The notes under the pieces were generated by a model. The model was not told where the DNA came from. It searched no databases and was given only the letters and a program-made list of their open reading frames with translations. Position numbers and translations under genes: made by a program. Of a DNA stretch of 57,950 nt, positions 1-11,400 are shown piece after piece. How positions within the stretch are numbered: position 1 is the first letter of the stretch; each line of letters begins with the position of its first letter. The DNA lies in the IMG/VR virus record IMGVR_UViG_3300029787_000042, positions 1-57,950 of that record. One strand, given 5' to 3'. Source of the stretch: a virus. Its lineage: Duplodnaviria; Caudoviricetes.

Positions 1-1
1 T

Positions 2-232
2 GCAACAGACACCGATGGTGATCACACAGGCACAGTATCGGGCATGGAGTCCTATACACCTGACCCTAGCGATAGCGGTTATGTGGCTTGGGATTCGTTG
101 GATGAGGCTACAGTTTTATCTTGGGTACAAGCTACTCTAGGTTCTGATGGAGTATCAGAAGTTGAAACAAAAGCAACCGCCAAGTTGACGGAGGCGAAAA
201 CGCCATCCACTGCTTGGGGAGTGGCTTGGTAA
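2..232 (+). CDS. Small tail-fibre-associated phage protein, 5'-truncated
   Basis: Frame open from base 2 (ATDTDGDHTG...) into the listed ORF; LDEATVLSWV...GVAW ending resembles proteins found after phage tail fibres. Confidence 0.65.
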   Translation, partial: ATDTDGDHTGTVSGMESYTPDPSDSGYVAWDSLDEATVLSWVQATLGSDGVSEVETKATAKLTEAKTPSTAWGVAW

Positions 233-266
233 TAAGTTATTAATTTTTAACTAAAGGAGCAATAAA

Positions 267-494
267 ATGGGTAAAAAAGAAAAAACCCCAATTGTAATAA
301 ATGAAGTTGAGTATATGTTAGAAGATATGGCCCCAGAAGATAAAGTAATGGTAAATCATTGTGCTGATATTGAAAATAAAATGCAAAGGATGCAATTTAA
401 TATGGAACAATTAGCGGGCGGTAAAGAGTATTGGATTGCAAAATTAACGCAATCGTTAAGTGCAAAGTCTGAAAAAGAGGTTGAGGCAAGTTAA
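267..494 (+). CDS. Small coiled-coil phage protein, possible tail-fibre chaperone
   Basis: AAGGAG RBS, 75 aa, helical heptad character, position after tail-fibre genes. Confidence 0.6.
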   Translation: MGKKEKTPIVINEVEYMLEDMAPEDKVMVNHCADIENKMQRMQFNMEQLAGGKEYWIAKLTQSLSAKSEKEVEAS

Positions 495-677
495 ATGGCT
501 ACAGTCAAAGAGGCGTTAATTCGTATAGAAGCGCATGAAAAAGAATGTTCAGTGCGTTACACCAATATTGAAAAACGCCTTGATGACGGTAAGGCTAAAA
601 TGGACAGGCTTGAGCTTATGTTATGGGGTATATATCCTTTTATTTTAGGTGCTATTTTTATATCAAAAATGTTTTAG
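495..677 (+). CDS. Coiled-coil protein with C-terminal TM helix (lysis region)
   Basis: HEKECSVRY..IEKRL coiled coil then hydrophobic LMLWGIYPFILGAIFI; GAGG RBS. Confidence 0.65.
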   Translation: MATVKEALIRIEAHEKECSVRYTNIEKRLDDGKAKMDRLELMLWGIYPFILGAIFISKMF

Positions 678-686
678 GAGACAATT

Positions 687-992
687 ATGTCAGAAAATAC
701 AATTAAAGTTCCTTCGTGGGCAGTACCCGTGGTAGCAGCAATTATACCTGCGGCTATTGCTTGGGGAAGCATGCAAGCTCAAGCTCAAGCAACAGATGAA
801 GAAGTTGCAAAGGTGTCAAAAGTAGTAGAAAAATTAGAAATTACTACTACAGATACTACAGTTCGTAGCAAATTAAACGAGCAAGCTATACAAACTATCG
901 CCGATGGACTTGCTGCTCAAACTGAAATTAGTAAAGCAACAGACCAAAAACTTGGAACGCTTATTGAGCTTATGCTTAAAGAAAGGCGATGA
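687..992 (+). CDS. N-terminal TM plus coiled-coil protein
   Basis: AGGAG RBS; hydrophobic WAVPVVAAIIPAAIAWG then coiled coil. Confidence 0.65.
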   Translation: MSENTIKVPSWAVPVVAAIIPAAIAWGSMQAQAQATDEEVAKVSKVVEKLEITTTDTTVRSKLNEQAIQTIADGLAAQTEISKATDQKLGTLIELMLKERR

Positions 993-1237
993 ATTTAAAA
1001 CTAGTTATAGCATTAATCATTGTCATGGACGGGGCAGAGGTTAATGATGAAAGAAAAACTTTTTTTAAAAATCCACAACATTGCGAGTGGGTGGCTCAAG
1101 AATTAAGTAAAGACAGAAAACATTTTCAAGGGTTTGATCATGCTTTTTGCCGCCCAGAGTGGGTTGCAGCAGACACACCTATAACTAGTGTTAACGTCAT
1201 ACCTTTACCTGTACCTGAAGAAGGTGAGGTTCCATAA
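989..1237 (+). CDS. Hypothetical protein with hydrophobic N-terminus and Cys pair
   Basis: ATGA overlap with the upstream stop; LKLVIALIIVM then C...C. Confidence 0.6.
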   Translation: MNLKLVIALIIVMDGAEVNDERKTFFKNPQHCEWVAQELSKDRKHFQGFDHAFCRPEWVAADTPITSVNVIPLPVPEEGEVP

Positions 1238-1383
1238 TGGGATGGTTGCAAGATTATAATGGCGCAGAGACAAGCTGGTTGCATGTGGTTTTGTTGTTTT
1301 CAATTTTAGGGGGGTTATTTTTTTTAAGTTGGTTTTTTGGAGTAGATTCAACCCCCACCGTGGAGGTGCCTGATGAAGATTAG
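1237..1383 (+). CDS. Small single-TM protein (48 aa, not in ORF track)
   Basis: Hand translation MGWLQDYNGAETSWLHVVLLFSILGGLFFLSWFFGVDSTPTVEVPDED; TAATG coupling, GAGG RBS, fills the gap. Confidence 0.65.
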   Translation: MGWLQDYNGAETSWLHVVLLFSILGGLFFLSWFFGVDSTPTVEVPDED

Positions 1384-1567
1384 AGATACAATAATTTTTA
1401 TGATAACAGCCGGTGTCCTAGCGTTATTGTTAGTCGTAATCATTGGGGATTATATTGTTGCTATGGAAGAAAACAGGCCACCACATGAATCAGTAATCAC
1501 CCTGATGAAAATGTCGATAACGGGGCTAATAGGCGTTATAGGCGGATATGTAGGCGCATCAAAATGA
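1373..1567 (+). CDS. Two-TM small membrane protein
   Basis: GGAGG RBS; two hydrophobic segments. Confidence 0.65.
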   Translation: MKIRDTIIFMITAGVLALLLVVIIGDYIVAMEENRPPHESVITLMKMSITGLIGVIGGYVGASK

Positions 1568-1878
1568 CCCCAAAAAAATTAGAACCTAAATCTAAATATG
1601 CAGAGTATGATTTTGATGGAGATGGTACAGTTTCTGACGAGGAGATTGCAAGACATAATGAAATACTCAAACAAGAGTTAGCGGAAGAAAAAGCAGATAC
1701 ACAAAGAAGAATGGCGTGGGTTGCAATGGTCTCAATGATCTTATATCCGCTTGCATCATTAGTAATTGCTGAAGATAGACTAGATACATGGAGTGCAATG
1801 AGTGATATGATATTTTTGAGTCAAGCATCCGTGATTGGTTTATACTTTGGTGCTACGGCATATATGGCTAAGAAATAG
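1564..1878 (+). CDS. EF-hand-like plus two-TM membrane protein
   Basis: DFDGDGTVSDEE Ca-binding loop followed by RRMAW and two hydrophobic helices. Confidence 0.7.
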   Translation: MTPKKLEPKSKYAEYDFDGDGTVSDEEIARHNEILKQELAEEKADTQRRMAWVAMVSMILYPLASLVIAEDRLDTWSAMSDMIFLSQASVIGLYFGATAYMAKK

Positions 1879-1886
1879 GAGGCAAT

Positions 1887-2285
1887 ATGTTACAAAATTT
1901 AATTGGTCCGGCTACACAGTTATTAGATAAGTTTATTGAAGACAAAGATCAGAAGATGGCCTTGGCGCATGAGATAAGCACAATGGCTGAACGCCACGCT
2001 CAAGAGCTTGCAAAAGGTCAGATTGAAGTAAATAAAATGGAAGCTGCAAGCAGTAATATGTTTGTCGCGGGTTGGAGGCCGGCAGTCGGTTGGATTTGTG
2101 CGCTTGGATTTTTATCAAACTTCATATTAATACCAATGGCAAACTTTGGTTTAGCTCTAGGGTCAGTAGACATACAGGTTCCAATGATCGACACCACCCA
2201 AATGATGCCCGTTTTGATGGGCATGCTTGGATTAGGAACTTTGAGAACCGTCGAAAAGGTTAGGAAAGTTAGTAGAGAAAAGTAA
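1887..2285 (+). CDS. Holin (3TM, gene-transfer-agent holin-like)
   Basis: FVAGWRPAVGW and LMGMLGLG..RT.EK motifs; directly upstream of endolysin; AGGAGG RBS. Confidence 0.8.
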   Translation: MLQNLIGPATQLLDKFIEDKDQKMALAHEISTMAERHAQELAKGQIEVNKMEAASSNMFVAGWRPAVGWICALGFLSNFILIPMANFGLALGSVDIQVPMIDTTQMMPVLMGMLGLGTLRTVEKVRKVSREK

Positions 2286-2286
2286 G

Positions 2287-2634
2287 ATGAGTCAATTTAT
2301 ATATTTTAAAATAGAAGATTTTAATTGCCAAGAGACTGGCGAAAACTCTATGGATAAAGATTTTATTCACGCTTTAGACCGATTAAGGGCGGCATGTGGG
2401 TTTCCTTTTATTATAACAAGTGGCTTTAGATCTGAAGATCATAGTATAGAAAAAAAGAAAACAAAAGGAGGCACTCATACTAAAGGTATTGCTAGTGATA
2501 TAAAAGTGTCTGGTGGTTCTCAACGTGCAAAGATTGTAAAACATGCGTTAGCTATGGGCATGTCTGTTGGAGTCGCAAAAACATTCGTGCATGTAGATGT
2601 GCGTAAAACAGAACAAATGTGTTGGTGCTACTAA
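2287..2634 (+). CDS. Endolysin, peptidase M15 family
   Basis: ITSGFR, H..G.A.DI and FVHVD zinc-peptidase motifs. Confidence 0.88.
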   Translation: MSQFIYFKIEDFNCQETGENSMDKDFIHALDRLRAACGFPFIITSGFRSEDHSIEKKKTKGGTHTKGIASDIKVSGGSQRAKIVKHALAMGMSVGVAKTFVHVDVRKTEQMCWCY

Positions 2635-2652
2635 CTACAGGCTACCCAAGTA

Positions 2653-4509
2653 ATGGCACTTAAAAAATTAACATTAAAAGCAGGTATTAACCGAGAGAAC
2701 ACTAGATATACTAGTGAAGGTGGTTGGTATGACTGTGACAAAATACGGTTTCGCCAAGGTACGCCGGAAAAGATTGGTGGGTGGAGGCGTATATCTACAA
2801 ACACGTTTCAAGGTGTGTGTCGTTCTATATGGAATTGGGTAACTCTTGGTAGTCAAAATTTAGTTGGCGTAGGTACTAATTTAAAGTTTTATATAGAAAA
2901 TGGAGGAGTTTATTACGACATAACTCCTTTACGTAAACCAGCTAGTAATTTAACTAACCCTTTTGCAGTAACACAAGGTTCTACTACTGTGGTTGTTACT
3001 GATGCCAGTGGCGGATATCTTGCAGAAGATTTTGTTACTTTTAGTAACGCTTCTGCTGTAGGAGGGTTGACATTAGATGGCGAGTTTCAAATTGTAGAAA
3101 TTCTTACCACTACCACATATTCAATTACAGCTTCTTCTGCGGGACAATCTTCTGCTACAGGCGGTGGCACGGTATCCGCAGCATATCAAATTAATGTTGG
3201 CCCTGCATTCGCTATACCTTTAGTAGGTTGGGGTGCATCAGCTTGGGGTTTTGGTCAATGGGGTACAGGTTCAGAATCTGTAGAAGACCTTAGGCAGTGG
3301 AGTCAAGCTAATTTTGGTGAAGACCTTATATTTGGCCCTCGTGGAGGCACGTTATATTTTTGGGATGCTGATGCATCAGGGGGTTTAAACTCAAGAGGAG
3401 TAGCGTTATCTTCTGTTAGCGGCGCATCTAATGTACCTACTATACATAATTTAACTTTAGTATCAGACATAAGTAGATTTGTGTTTTGTTTTGGTAGTAA
3501 TGAGTTAGGCGGCACTACGTTAAATCCTATGCTTGTGCGGTGGTCAGACCAAGAAGACGCTACAAACTGGACTCCTTCTGCATCTAACCAAGCAGGTGAT
3601 TTAATACTATCTAACGGAACTGAAATTGTTGCTGCTAAACAAGCCCGTCAAGAAGTATTAGTTTGGACAAATTCTGCTTTGTATTCATTGCAATATGTTG
3701 GAGCACCTGCTGTATGGACTGCGCAGTTAGTTGGTGAAAATATATCTATTGCGTCTCAAAACGCTGTAGCCTATGCAAGCGGTAAAGCCTATTGGATGGG
3801 TAAAGACAAGTTTTATATGTATGATGGACGCACACAACCTCTACGTTGTGATTTACGTAAATTTATATTTAATGATTTTAACACCCTTCAGTATCCTCAA
3901 GTTTTTGCAGGTACAGTAGAGTCGTACCATGAAGTGTGGTGGTTTTATTGTTCTAGCGAGTCTACTGTAGCAGACAAATATGTAGTGTATAACTATTTAG
4001 ATGATATATGGTATTACGGAAACATGTCGCGTTCTGCATGGTTAGATTCTGGCCTTAGAAATAATCCTTTAGGAGCTACATATAATTACAATTTAGTTGA
4101 CCACGAAGAAGGTGTAGACGATGAAGAGACTGCAAACACAGCAGCTATAGCAGCGCACGTTGAGTCTGCACAATTTGATTTAGATGATGGGCATCAGTTT
4201 ATGTTTATATGGCGTGTTATGCCAGATATTAGTTTTGATGGGTCTACAATAAACTCTCCTAGTGCTTCTATGTCTCTATTACCTTTAGCCAATTCAGGTT
4301 CAGGATATAACGACCCCTTATCTGAAGGAGGATCAAACAACGCTACTGTTACAAGAACAGCTACAACACCTGTAGAGAAGTTTACAGGTGAAGTATTTAC
4401 CCGTGTACGTGGTAGACAAATGGCTATAAAGATAGAATCTAGCGCAACTGGTGTGACTTGGCAACTAGGTTCTCCACGAATTGACATGCGACCTGATGGT
4501 AGACGCTAA
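2653..4509 (+). CDS. Tail nozzle / head-stabilisation protein
   Basis: 618 aa beta-rich; KIRFRQGTPEKIGGW N-terminus, VRWSDQED, C-terminal PDGRR; position ahead of ejection genes. Confidence 0.7.
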   Translation: MALKKLTLKAGINRENTRYTSEGGWYDCDKIRFRQGTPEKIGGWRRISTNTFQGVCRSIWNWVTLGSQNLVGVGTNLKFYIENGGVYYDITPLRKPASNLTNPFAVTQGSTTVVVTDASGGYLAEDFVTFSNASAVGGLTLDGEFQIVEILTTTTYSITASSAGQSSATGGGTVSAAYQINVGPAFAIPLVGWGASAWGFGQWGTGSESVEDLRQWSQANFGEDLIFGPRGGTLYFWDADASGGLNSRGVALSSVSGASNVPTIHNLTLVSDISRFVFCFGSNELGGTTLNPMLVRWSDQEDATNWTPSASNQAGDLILSNGTEIVAAKQARQEVLVWTNSALYSLQYVGAPAVWTAQLVGENISIASQNAVAYASGKAYWMGKDKFYMYDGRTQPLRCDLRKFIFNDFNTLQYPQVFAGTVESYHEVWWFYCSSESTVADKYVVYNYLDDIWYYGNMSRSAWLDSGLRNNPLGATYNYNLVDHEEGVDDEETANTAAIAAHVESAQFDLDDGHQFMFIWRVMPDISFDGSTINSPSASMSLLPLANSGSGYNDPLSEGGSNNATVTRTATTPVEKFTGEVFTRVRGRQMAIKIESSATGVTWQLGSPRIDMRPDGRR

Positions 4510-4706
4510 TGCCTCCTGTAGATAATACTAGATATGAAGTGCCTTTCCGCGCCCCCGCTCTGCCGTATCCTCCGAAAGAGTATAATGCGTTAGATTTTGA
4601 AGAGTTTAATAAAATACTACGTATATACTTTAATCAGGTAGATAATGCATTACGAAATGCTTCGCTTAATCAACAAGCAGAAGCTAATACTTGGTTTATG
4701 GGATAA
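4509..4706 (+). CDS. Small virion-associated protein
   Basis: APALPYPPKEY...LRIYFNQVD; TAATG-coupled on both sides. Confidence 0.65.
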   Translation: MPPVDNTRYEVPFRAPALPYPPKEYNALDFEEFNKILRIYFNQVDNALRNASLNQQAEANTWFMG

Positions 4707-5026
4707 TGGCTAATACTTATACAAATGCAAAAGCAGATCTAACTACTACTGACGTTACAACTTTATATACTGTAGCTAGTCTAACCACCAGTATAGTTAA
4801 ATCTATATTAGTTTCAGAAGATTCTGGTAATGCTGATACTATTACACTTACTATAACTAATGGCACTGATGTATACAGTTTATTTAAAACAAAAGCTGTG
4901 AGTGCTAATGCTACAGTAGAATTACTTACTGCTCCTTTAGTGTTACAACCAACCGAAATATTAAAAGTTACTGCTGCCACCGCTAATAGGTTACATGTAG
5001 TAGCAAGCATCTTAGAGATAACTTAA
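4706..5026 (+). CDS. Small beta-rich virion protein
   Basis: Likely start MANTYTN at 4706 by TAATG coupling; TTLYTV...LVLQPTEILKVTA...LHVVASILEIT. Confidence 0.7.
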   Translation: MANTYTNAKADLTTTDVTTLYTVASLTTSIVKSILVSEDSGNADTITLTITNGTDVYSLFKTKAVSANATVELLTAPLVLQPTEILKVTAATANRLHVVASILEIT

Positions 5027-5028
5027 TT

Positions 5029-5499
5029 ATGAAAGTTGTAGACAGTAAAAAGAAAAAATTATCTTTAGCTGAAATAGTTATCATGCATATGGATAATGTA
5101 GGTACGGGTGATATCCCTATGGAAGCAGCTATGTTTTCTGTGTTTCAAGAGTTTCAAATGAAAAATGCTATGTCTGTACAGTATGGAAACACCGTATTTG
5201 GTGGTCACAGTGAGCCTAATGGTACTCAGATGTTAGGTAGAGTATTTAACGTAGACACCGCTGAAAACTACATAAATAACATGCTTAAATTTGCAGCAAA
5301 CATTCAAAAAAAGGGTATAACGCATTACCTTGTTACTTTTGACAAAGAGTATGGAAAACAAATTCTTCCTGTATTAGCTAAATTAAAAGAAGCTTTATCG
5401 CCTTTAGGAGGTAATGTAGGAGTAGGAATTAGTGAAGATGAAGAAGACTATATGGTATTTGTTTTAGTACCTAAAAAACCAATTAAGCGAGTCGCATAA
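5029..5499 (+). CDS. Hypothetical protein
   Basis: 156-aa ORF tightly packed in the operon, TAATG-coupled to the next gene. Confidence 0.7.
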   Translation: MKVVDSKKKKLSLAEIVIMHMDNVGTGDIPMEAAMFSVFQEFQMKNAMSVQYGNTVFGGHSEPNGTQMLGRVFNVDTAENYINNMLKFAANIQKKGITHYLVTFDKEYGKQILPVLAKLKEALSPLGGNVGVGISEDEEDYMVFVLVPKKPIKRVA

Positions 5500-8400
5500 T
5501 GTCTGGTGTAGTAAAAGCGATAAAAAAAGTTGGTCGTTGGATTGATGATAATATTTTTCAACCTATTAAAGACATAGGTAGTTGGATTAACGAAAAAATT
5601 TTTAAACCTGTAATTAAGTACGCAGAAGCACAAATACAAGCCATTCTTGACGATCCTATAAAAGCTATAGCTCAGGCAATTGCGGCTGCAAGTGGCAATC
5701 CTGCTGCATGGTTAGCGGTAGTAAATGGAGTAGATGCTGCTATTGCGGGTGAAGATATAGACGGTATTTTAAAAGCTGCCGCTAAAGGTTATGTTCAAGG
5801 TAAAGCAGCGGGGTATGCCGAAGAATTAGGAACAAAAGTAGGGACTAGAGCTGGAGATGTATTTGGAGATGTTGTAGGTGATGTGGTATCTAAGGTTGTA
5901 ACTTCAGGAACCGAACAAGCTATTAACGCTATAGCTGATGGTAGAGATCCACTAGAAGCCTTTAAAATGGGCGCTATATCTACTGGAGTTGGACTGACTT
6001 TAGGCAAAATAAATACCGAGTTAGGTGGTAAGTATGAAGAATTACCTGATGTAGTTAAAAATGTAATACAAGCTAGCATAACTGATTTAGTTATAAATGG
6101 TGAGGTTAGTGATCTAACCCTAGCTCGCGCTATAACTAATAGTGTAATAACTGCTGAAGCAGTAGATGAATTCTTAGATAAGATAGGTCTTGGGGACTGG
6201 ACACCCGAAGATGCAACTGATCGCATGAACGAAGGTACTCTAGGTACTATAACATCTGTAATACAAAACACCGTAGCTTACGCTGCCGCAGGAGAAAGCG
6301 GAAGTGATGCTTTTGGTAGAACTTTAGTAAATCGTATAGTTACCGAAGCGGTTAGATCTTATAAAGACGGAACCTTGTTTGAAGACATGCAAGACACCTT
6401 TGATCGTTTATCTGGTAAGTATACTGCGGCTAGAAAAGCAGCAGAGAATGTAGATGATTTTGCAACAAACCATGTTGCAAACGTTGAAGAATGGAATGAA
6501 ATAGGTAAAACAATAGGTGACGCTGCTACCGAAGTACAAGCTCTAGAAGATGCAAGAGATGCTGCAAGAGATGCATTTAGTAAAGCTATGGAAGATGCAA
6601 AAGATGCTATGAGAGAAGGTGGTGTTCCAGACGAGGATCTTTTAGAAACATTAAGAGAAGCCGGGGAAGCCGCGGAAGCAGCATTTAATGATGCTAGGGC
6701 AACTTTTGAAGATAACGTAACAAATGTTTGGGAACCACGTCTAACGGAGTTAGAGGAATCATTTGAGAATGCCGAGGCAGAGTATAACTCATTAGTAGAA
6801 ACCTATACTGAAGCATTAGATGAGTTAAATGAAGCTACTATAGAGAGTAACGAAGAGCTAGCGCCTCGCATAGCGTCTCTTAATGAGGCTGTAGCAACAC
6901 AAATAGCACCTGATGCAGATTGGGAGTTTTACCAAGAACAAAATGGTTTTGATACTAAAGAAGAAGCTATCCAACATTACCTATCTGAAGGTTTAGCATC
7001 TAACGCGCCTACTACACAAGCTGCTTTAGACTATAACAATAAAATAGAAACTCAAAATGCACAAAACCAAATAGTTCAAGACGTACTAGATAAAACTCTT
7101 GGCGATGGTGGAGAGCGTTTTGAGGATATGTCTCTTGCAGACAAACAAAACGCCTATAAAGCTTTAGCAGAGATGGCAGAAAAAGAAGGCGTACCTATAG
7201 AAGAATTAGATGTAAATAACGATAGTCAATTTGCTGGAATAATAGATGCGTTAGCATTAAATGGTTTTTTACAAGTAACTACAGATTCAGATGGAAATCA
7301 GACTATTACACAAATTATATCTACTGACCCTATTGAAATTAATTACACTGATGGACTTACTAATAGTGATTTAGCTAACGGCTCTGCAACTCTTGTATAC
7401 AATAATGAAACAGGTAAATACGACACGGTATTTGTACCTCAACAACCTAAAGTTTATAACGGCCAAATAATCGCGCAAGACAATAATGGCGAGTTTTATA
7501 TAGAGGAAGGTCTTACAGGAGAACAACGAAGGTATGTAGATGGTACTACTGGGGCGCTCTATACAAAAGATGAAAACGGTGTTCCTATACCTGTTACTAA
7601 CGAAGAAGGTGAAATCCTTAATATAAATAGCGGTATATTCCTAGACTCAGACCCTTCTGAAGACACAGATCCTGAAGCAGAGACAGAAACGTTTGGACAG
7701 TTTATTAATGACAATACTTTAGGAGATACACTACAAGATTTGGCAGAAAATAGCCCTCAAGACTTTGTTGATATTGTAAACGAAGGCAATCTTGCAGACA
7801 CAGACAACCCAGACTACACACCTCCCAGTTGGTTGCTAGAAGCTTTACAAGACGGCGCAAATTATTTAGCTGGAGAAGGAAAATGGGAAGTTAAAAATCC
7901 CGCTGCTGATTGGAAAAGAAATTTGTATGCTAATGGAGTTAGAGCGTTTGCGGGCATGATAGATTCTTTTGGTGGTTTAGTAGATAGATTTAACGAAGAT
8001 GACCCTACAAAAGGATCACTAAGAGACTTTGCTGCGGATATGGAAACTGTAGGAAAAGGCGCTCTCACTGAAGGTTTTAACGATTCTGTTACTAGGATGC
8101 GAGAGTTTCAAGAAAAACTAAAGTCAGATCGAGTAGATGATCCAAACACTCCTATAGAATATTATGAAGAAGATGTATATTACGAAAATCCTAAAACAGG
8201 AGAACGTGTATTACTATACGAAGCGGGTAGCTATAAGTCGGGAGATGAAAGTAAGGGTACGTTCTGGACAGGTATGCAGGACGTACTTAAAACTGCGGCT
8301 AATCACCCTTCTGCATTCTTTGGTGAATATATAGTAGTAGAGTTTATGCAAGAAGCTGCTCCTCTAGTAGTTGGAGGGTTAGGTACGTTAACCGCTAAAT

Positions 8401-11400
8401 TTGGATTAAGTGCGGCTAAAACTTTATCTCCAAACTTAGCTAAAAAATTATCTGAAGAAGTTACAGAAAGCATAACTAGAAAAGTAGGTTTGACATCTGC
8501 TGCGGCTACTGATGTAGGAGAAAGTGTAGGAGCCAACTATGCGCAAGCATATGAAGAAGCGTATGCAACTGCACTTAAAATGGCTAATCAAGAAGCTGAC
8601 ATTTTAGAACTTAGTGGACAAGCAAGAGAAAATTTCTTAGCAGAACAAGAACAAGGTATGCGAGAGTACGCTTTAGGTTTAGCTATAAATACTTCTAACA
8701 TAGCTGGGGTAGCTACTTTTGCTAGTTTATTTGTAGGAGGTATGGCAGCAGACAAGTTATTTGTTGGGGGAAAAGTACCAGAACAATTTCAAGGGGTATT
8801 TGACGAATTCGTAAAACGTATATCTGAAGGCGGTACTATTTTTCTTGGAGAAGGAGGTACTGAATACTTTGAAGAAGGCATTGTTACTGCTTATTTAAAA
8901 GGACAATTATACCTTATAGATCCTTCTATTAACGTTAGTGAGGAGGTCGGTGCCGCAGCTATGTTTGGAGCTTTAATAGGTAGTTCTGTAGCAGGTAGCG
9001 CCTACGGCTTTAGTAGCACAGGAGATTTTGTATCTAACATAGTTTTATACAACAATCCTGAAGCTAGAACAATATTAGATAGCGTTGGAGATTATGACGA
9101 ACAAGGCTTATATGACGCATTAAACGACGCAGGATTACAAGATACAGTATTAATTAATGTTATGAATACTGCGTACGATGCTGAGTATACAAGCTCTGCC
9201 GAAGCTACCGATGCATTTGCAGGTACAGGGTTAGTTCCTACACAAGAAGATATTAATGCGCTAGTAAATTCTGGTATAGGTAGTAGCGAGGGAAATACCG
9301 ATGCATTAATGGATGAATTAATAGAATACTGGACTCTTAATTTTGGTACTGAAGATGATACTGATGGAGATGGTATACCTAACAGCGAAGATGCTACTCC
9401 TAATGATCCTACAGCAACACAGCTTACTCCTGATGAATATGTTGACTATATAAACCAACAATCTCGTAACAATGCAGGTGTAGATGTAGATGGTAATCCC
9501 GCTCCTGTTGCTATTGTTTCTTATGACCCCGAAACAGGTATGTATATAATAGATTATGGCCCAATTGGCATAGATGGCGACCAACAGTTTCAAGTCCTTA
9601 CTCCTGAAGAATTTTTTGCCCAGTATGCAAATACTTTAGAAGGTATAGCTGATGAAGGTGATGTTGACGAAGGTGATGTTGACGAAGGTGATGTTGATGA
9701 AGAGAATGTTGATGAAGGTGATGTTGATGAAGAAAATGTTGATGAAGGTGATGTTGATGAAGAGAATGTTGATGAAGGTGATACTACCCCTCCTAGACCT
9801 TATTTAAACAATCAAGGGTACACAGTAACTACAAATCCTGATGGCACTCTTGTCATCACAGACAACGAAGGTAATACGATCCCACCTTATGAGGGTGGTT
9901 TTGATCGTGCTACTACATATAAACCACTTACTCTAATACCTCATCCAGATATAGAAGGTAAATACACATTAGTCGCGGCTGATGGAGAAACTTTGGGTGG
10001 TACTTATAACGAAGACGGCACTGCGTTTAAAAACCAGAGGGCACCTTGGGATGATAACCCTGATGGCGTTGCTCCTTATGATCCTTCTGATAATCCTGAC
10101 ATTGCTGAGGATACCGACCCTGATGTTGATGAAGGTGATGTTGATCCTGACCCTGTTGTTGATCCTGACCCTGACGCTGATCCCGTTGTTGATCCTGATG
10201 TTGATCCCGACCCTGTTGTTGATCCTGACCCTGATGTTGATCCTGATGTTGATCCTGATGTTGATCCTGATGTTGATCCTGACGTTGATACTGAAGGTTC
10301 TGAGTTTGTCACGCATCCAGAGTTAGATGCGGCATTGGTACCCATACTTGCGGCTATTGCAGATGTATTAGGTATTGGAGGCACACTAGAAGCAGCTATA
10401 GAAAGTGTAGCTACAGCTCTTGGCCTAGATATAGGAGATGTACAAGAAGCTGTTGATGATAATACAACTTTATTAGAAGACACTAAAGAAGCTGTTGACA
10501 ATTTAGTGGAGGCGGGTACAGCGCGAGATGAAGCTATTGCAGCTATTGCTACACAACAAGGCTTAGATTTAGCGGCGCTTATAAAACTTTTAGAAACAAA
10601 TGGCGAAGGGATTGTAGCTAATGCAACTGCTTTGTCAGAAATACAAACAGATGTAGATGATTTAATAGAAGCAGGTACAGCGCGAGATGAAGCTATAGCT
10701 GAGATTGCTAAACAACAAGACATAGATGTTGAAGCGTTAAAGAATTTATTAGGTGACAATGCAACTGCTATTAGCAGTATACAAGAAAGTGTAGATGATT
10801 TAATAGAAGCAGGTACAGCACGAGATGAAGCTATAGCTGCTATTGCTGAACAACAAGGTTTAGATGTAGAAGCATTAACTAAACTACTCAATGCAAATGC
10901 TAAATCTATTACGGGCATTCAAAACACACTAGACGCTATGATCGAAGATGACGTAGCTCGTGATGAAGCTATAGCTGCTATTGCTGAACAACAAGGTTTA
11001 GATGTAGAAGCATTAACTAAACTACTCAATGCAAATGCTAAATCTATTACGGGTATACAAACTACGTTAGACGGTATGCTCGAAGGTGACGTATCTCGTG
11101 ATGAAGCAATTGCAAGTTTAGCAGCTCAACTTGGCACAGATGTAGAGTCTTTAACTGAACTACTTAATGCAAATGCTACATCAATTTCAGGCATTCAAAC
11201 TACGTTAGATGGGATGATTGAAGATGGTGTTGAGCGAGATGAAGCTATTGCAGATTTAGCAGCTCAACTTGGTACAGATGTAGAGTCTTTAACTACTCTT
11301 TTAGAAAATAATGCAAATGCTATTGCTGACGTAGAGACCGCTGTTGGGCTAACTGCTGACGCTATTGCTGATGCGCAAGAAGACATTGATACATTAGTAG

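Noticed and set aside
9969-10918. Alternative-frame ORFs rich in L/I/M, RINI or GSTS (9969-10316, 9982-10326, 10076-10918)
   Set aside because: Shadows of the DP/DV tandem repeat and codon bias in the 2421-aa gene
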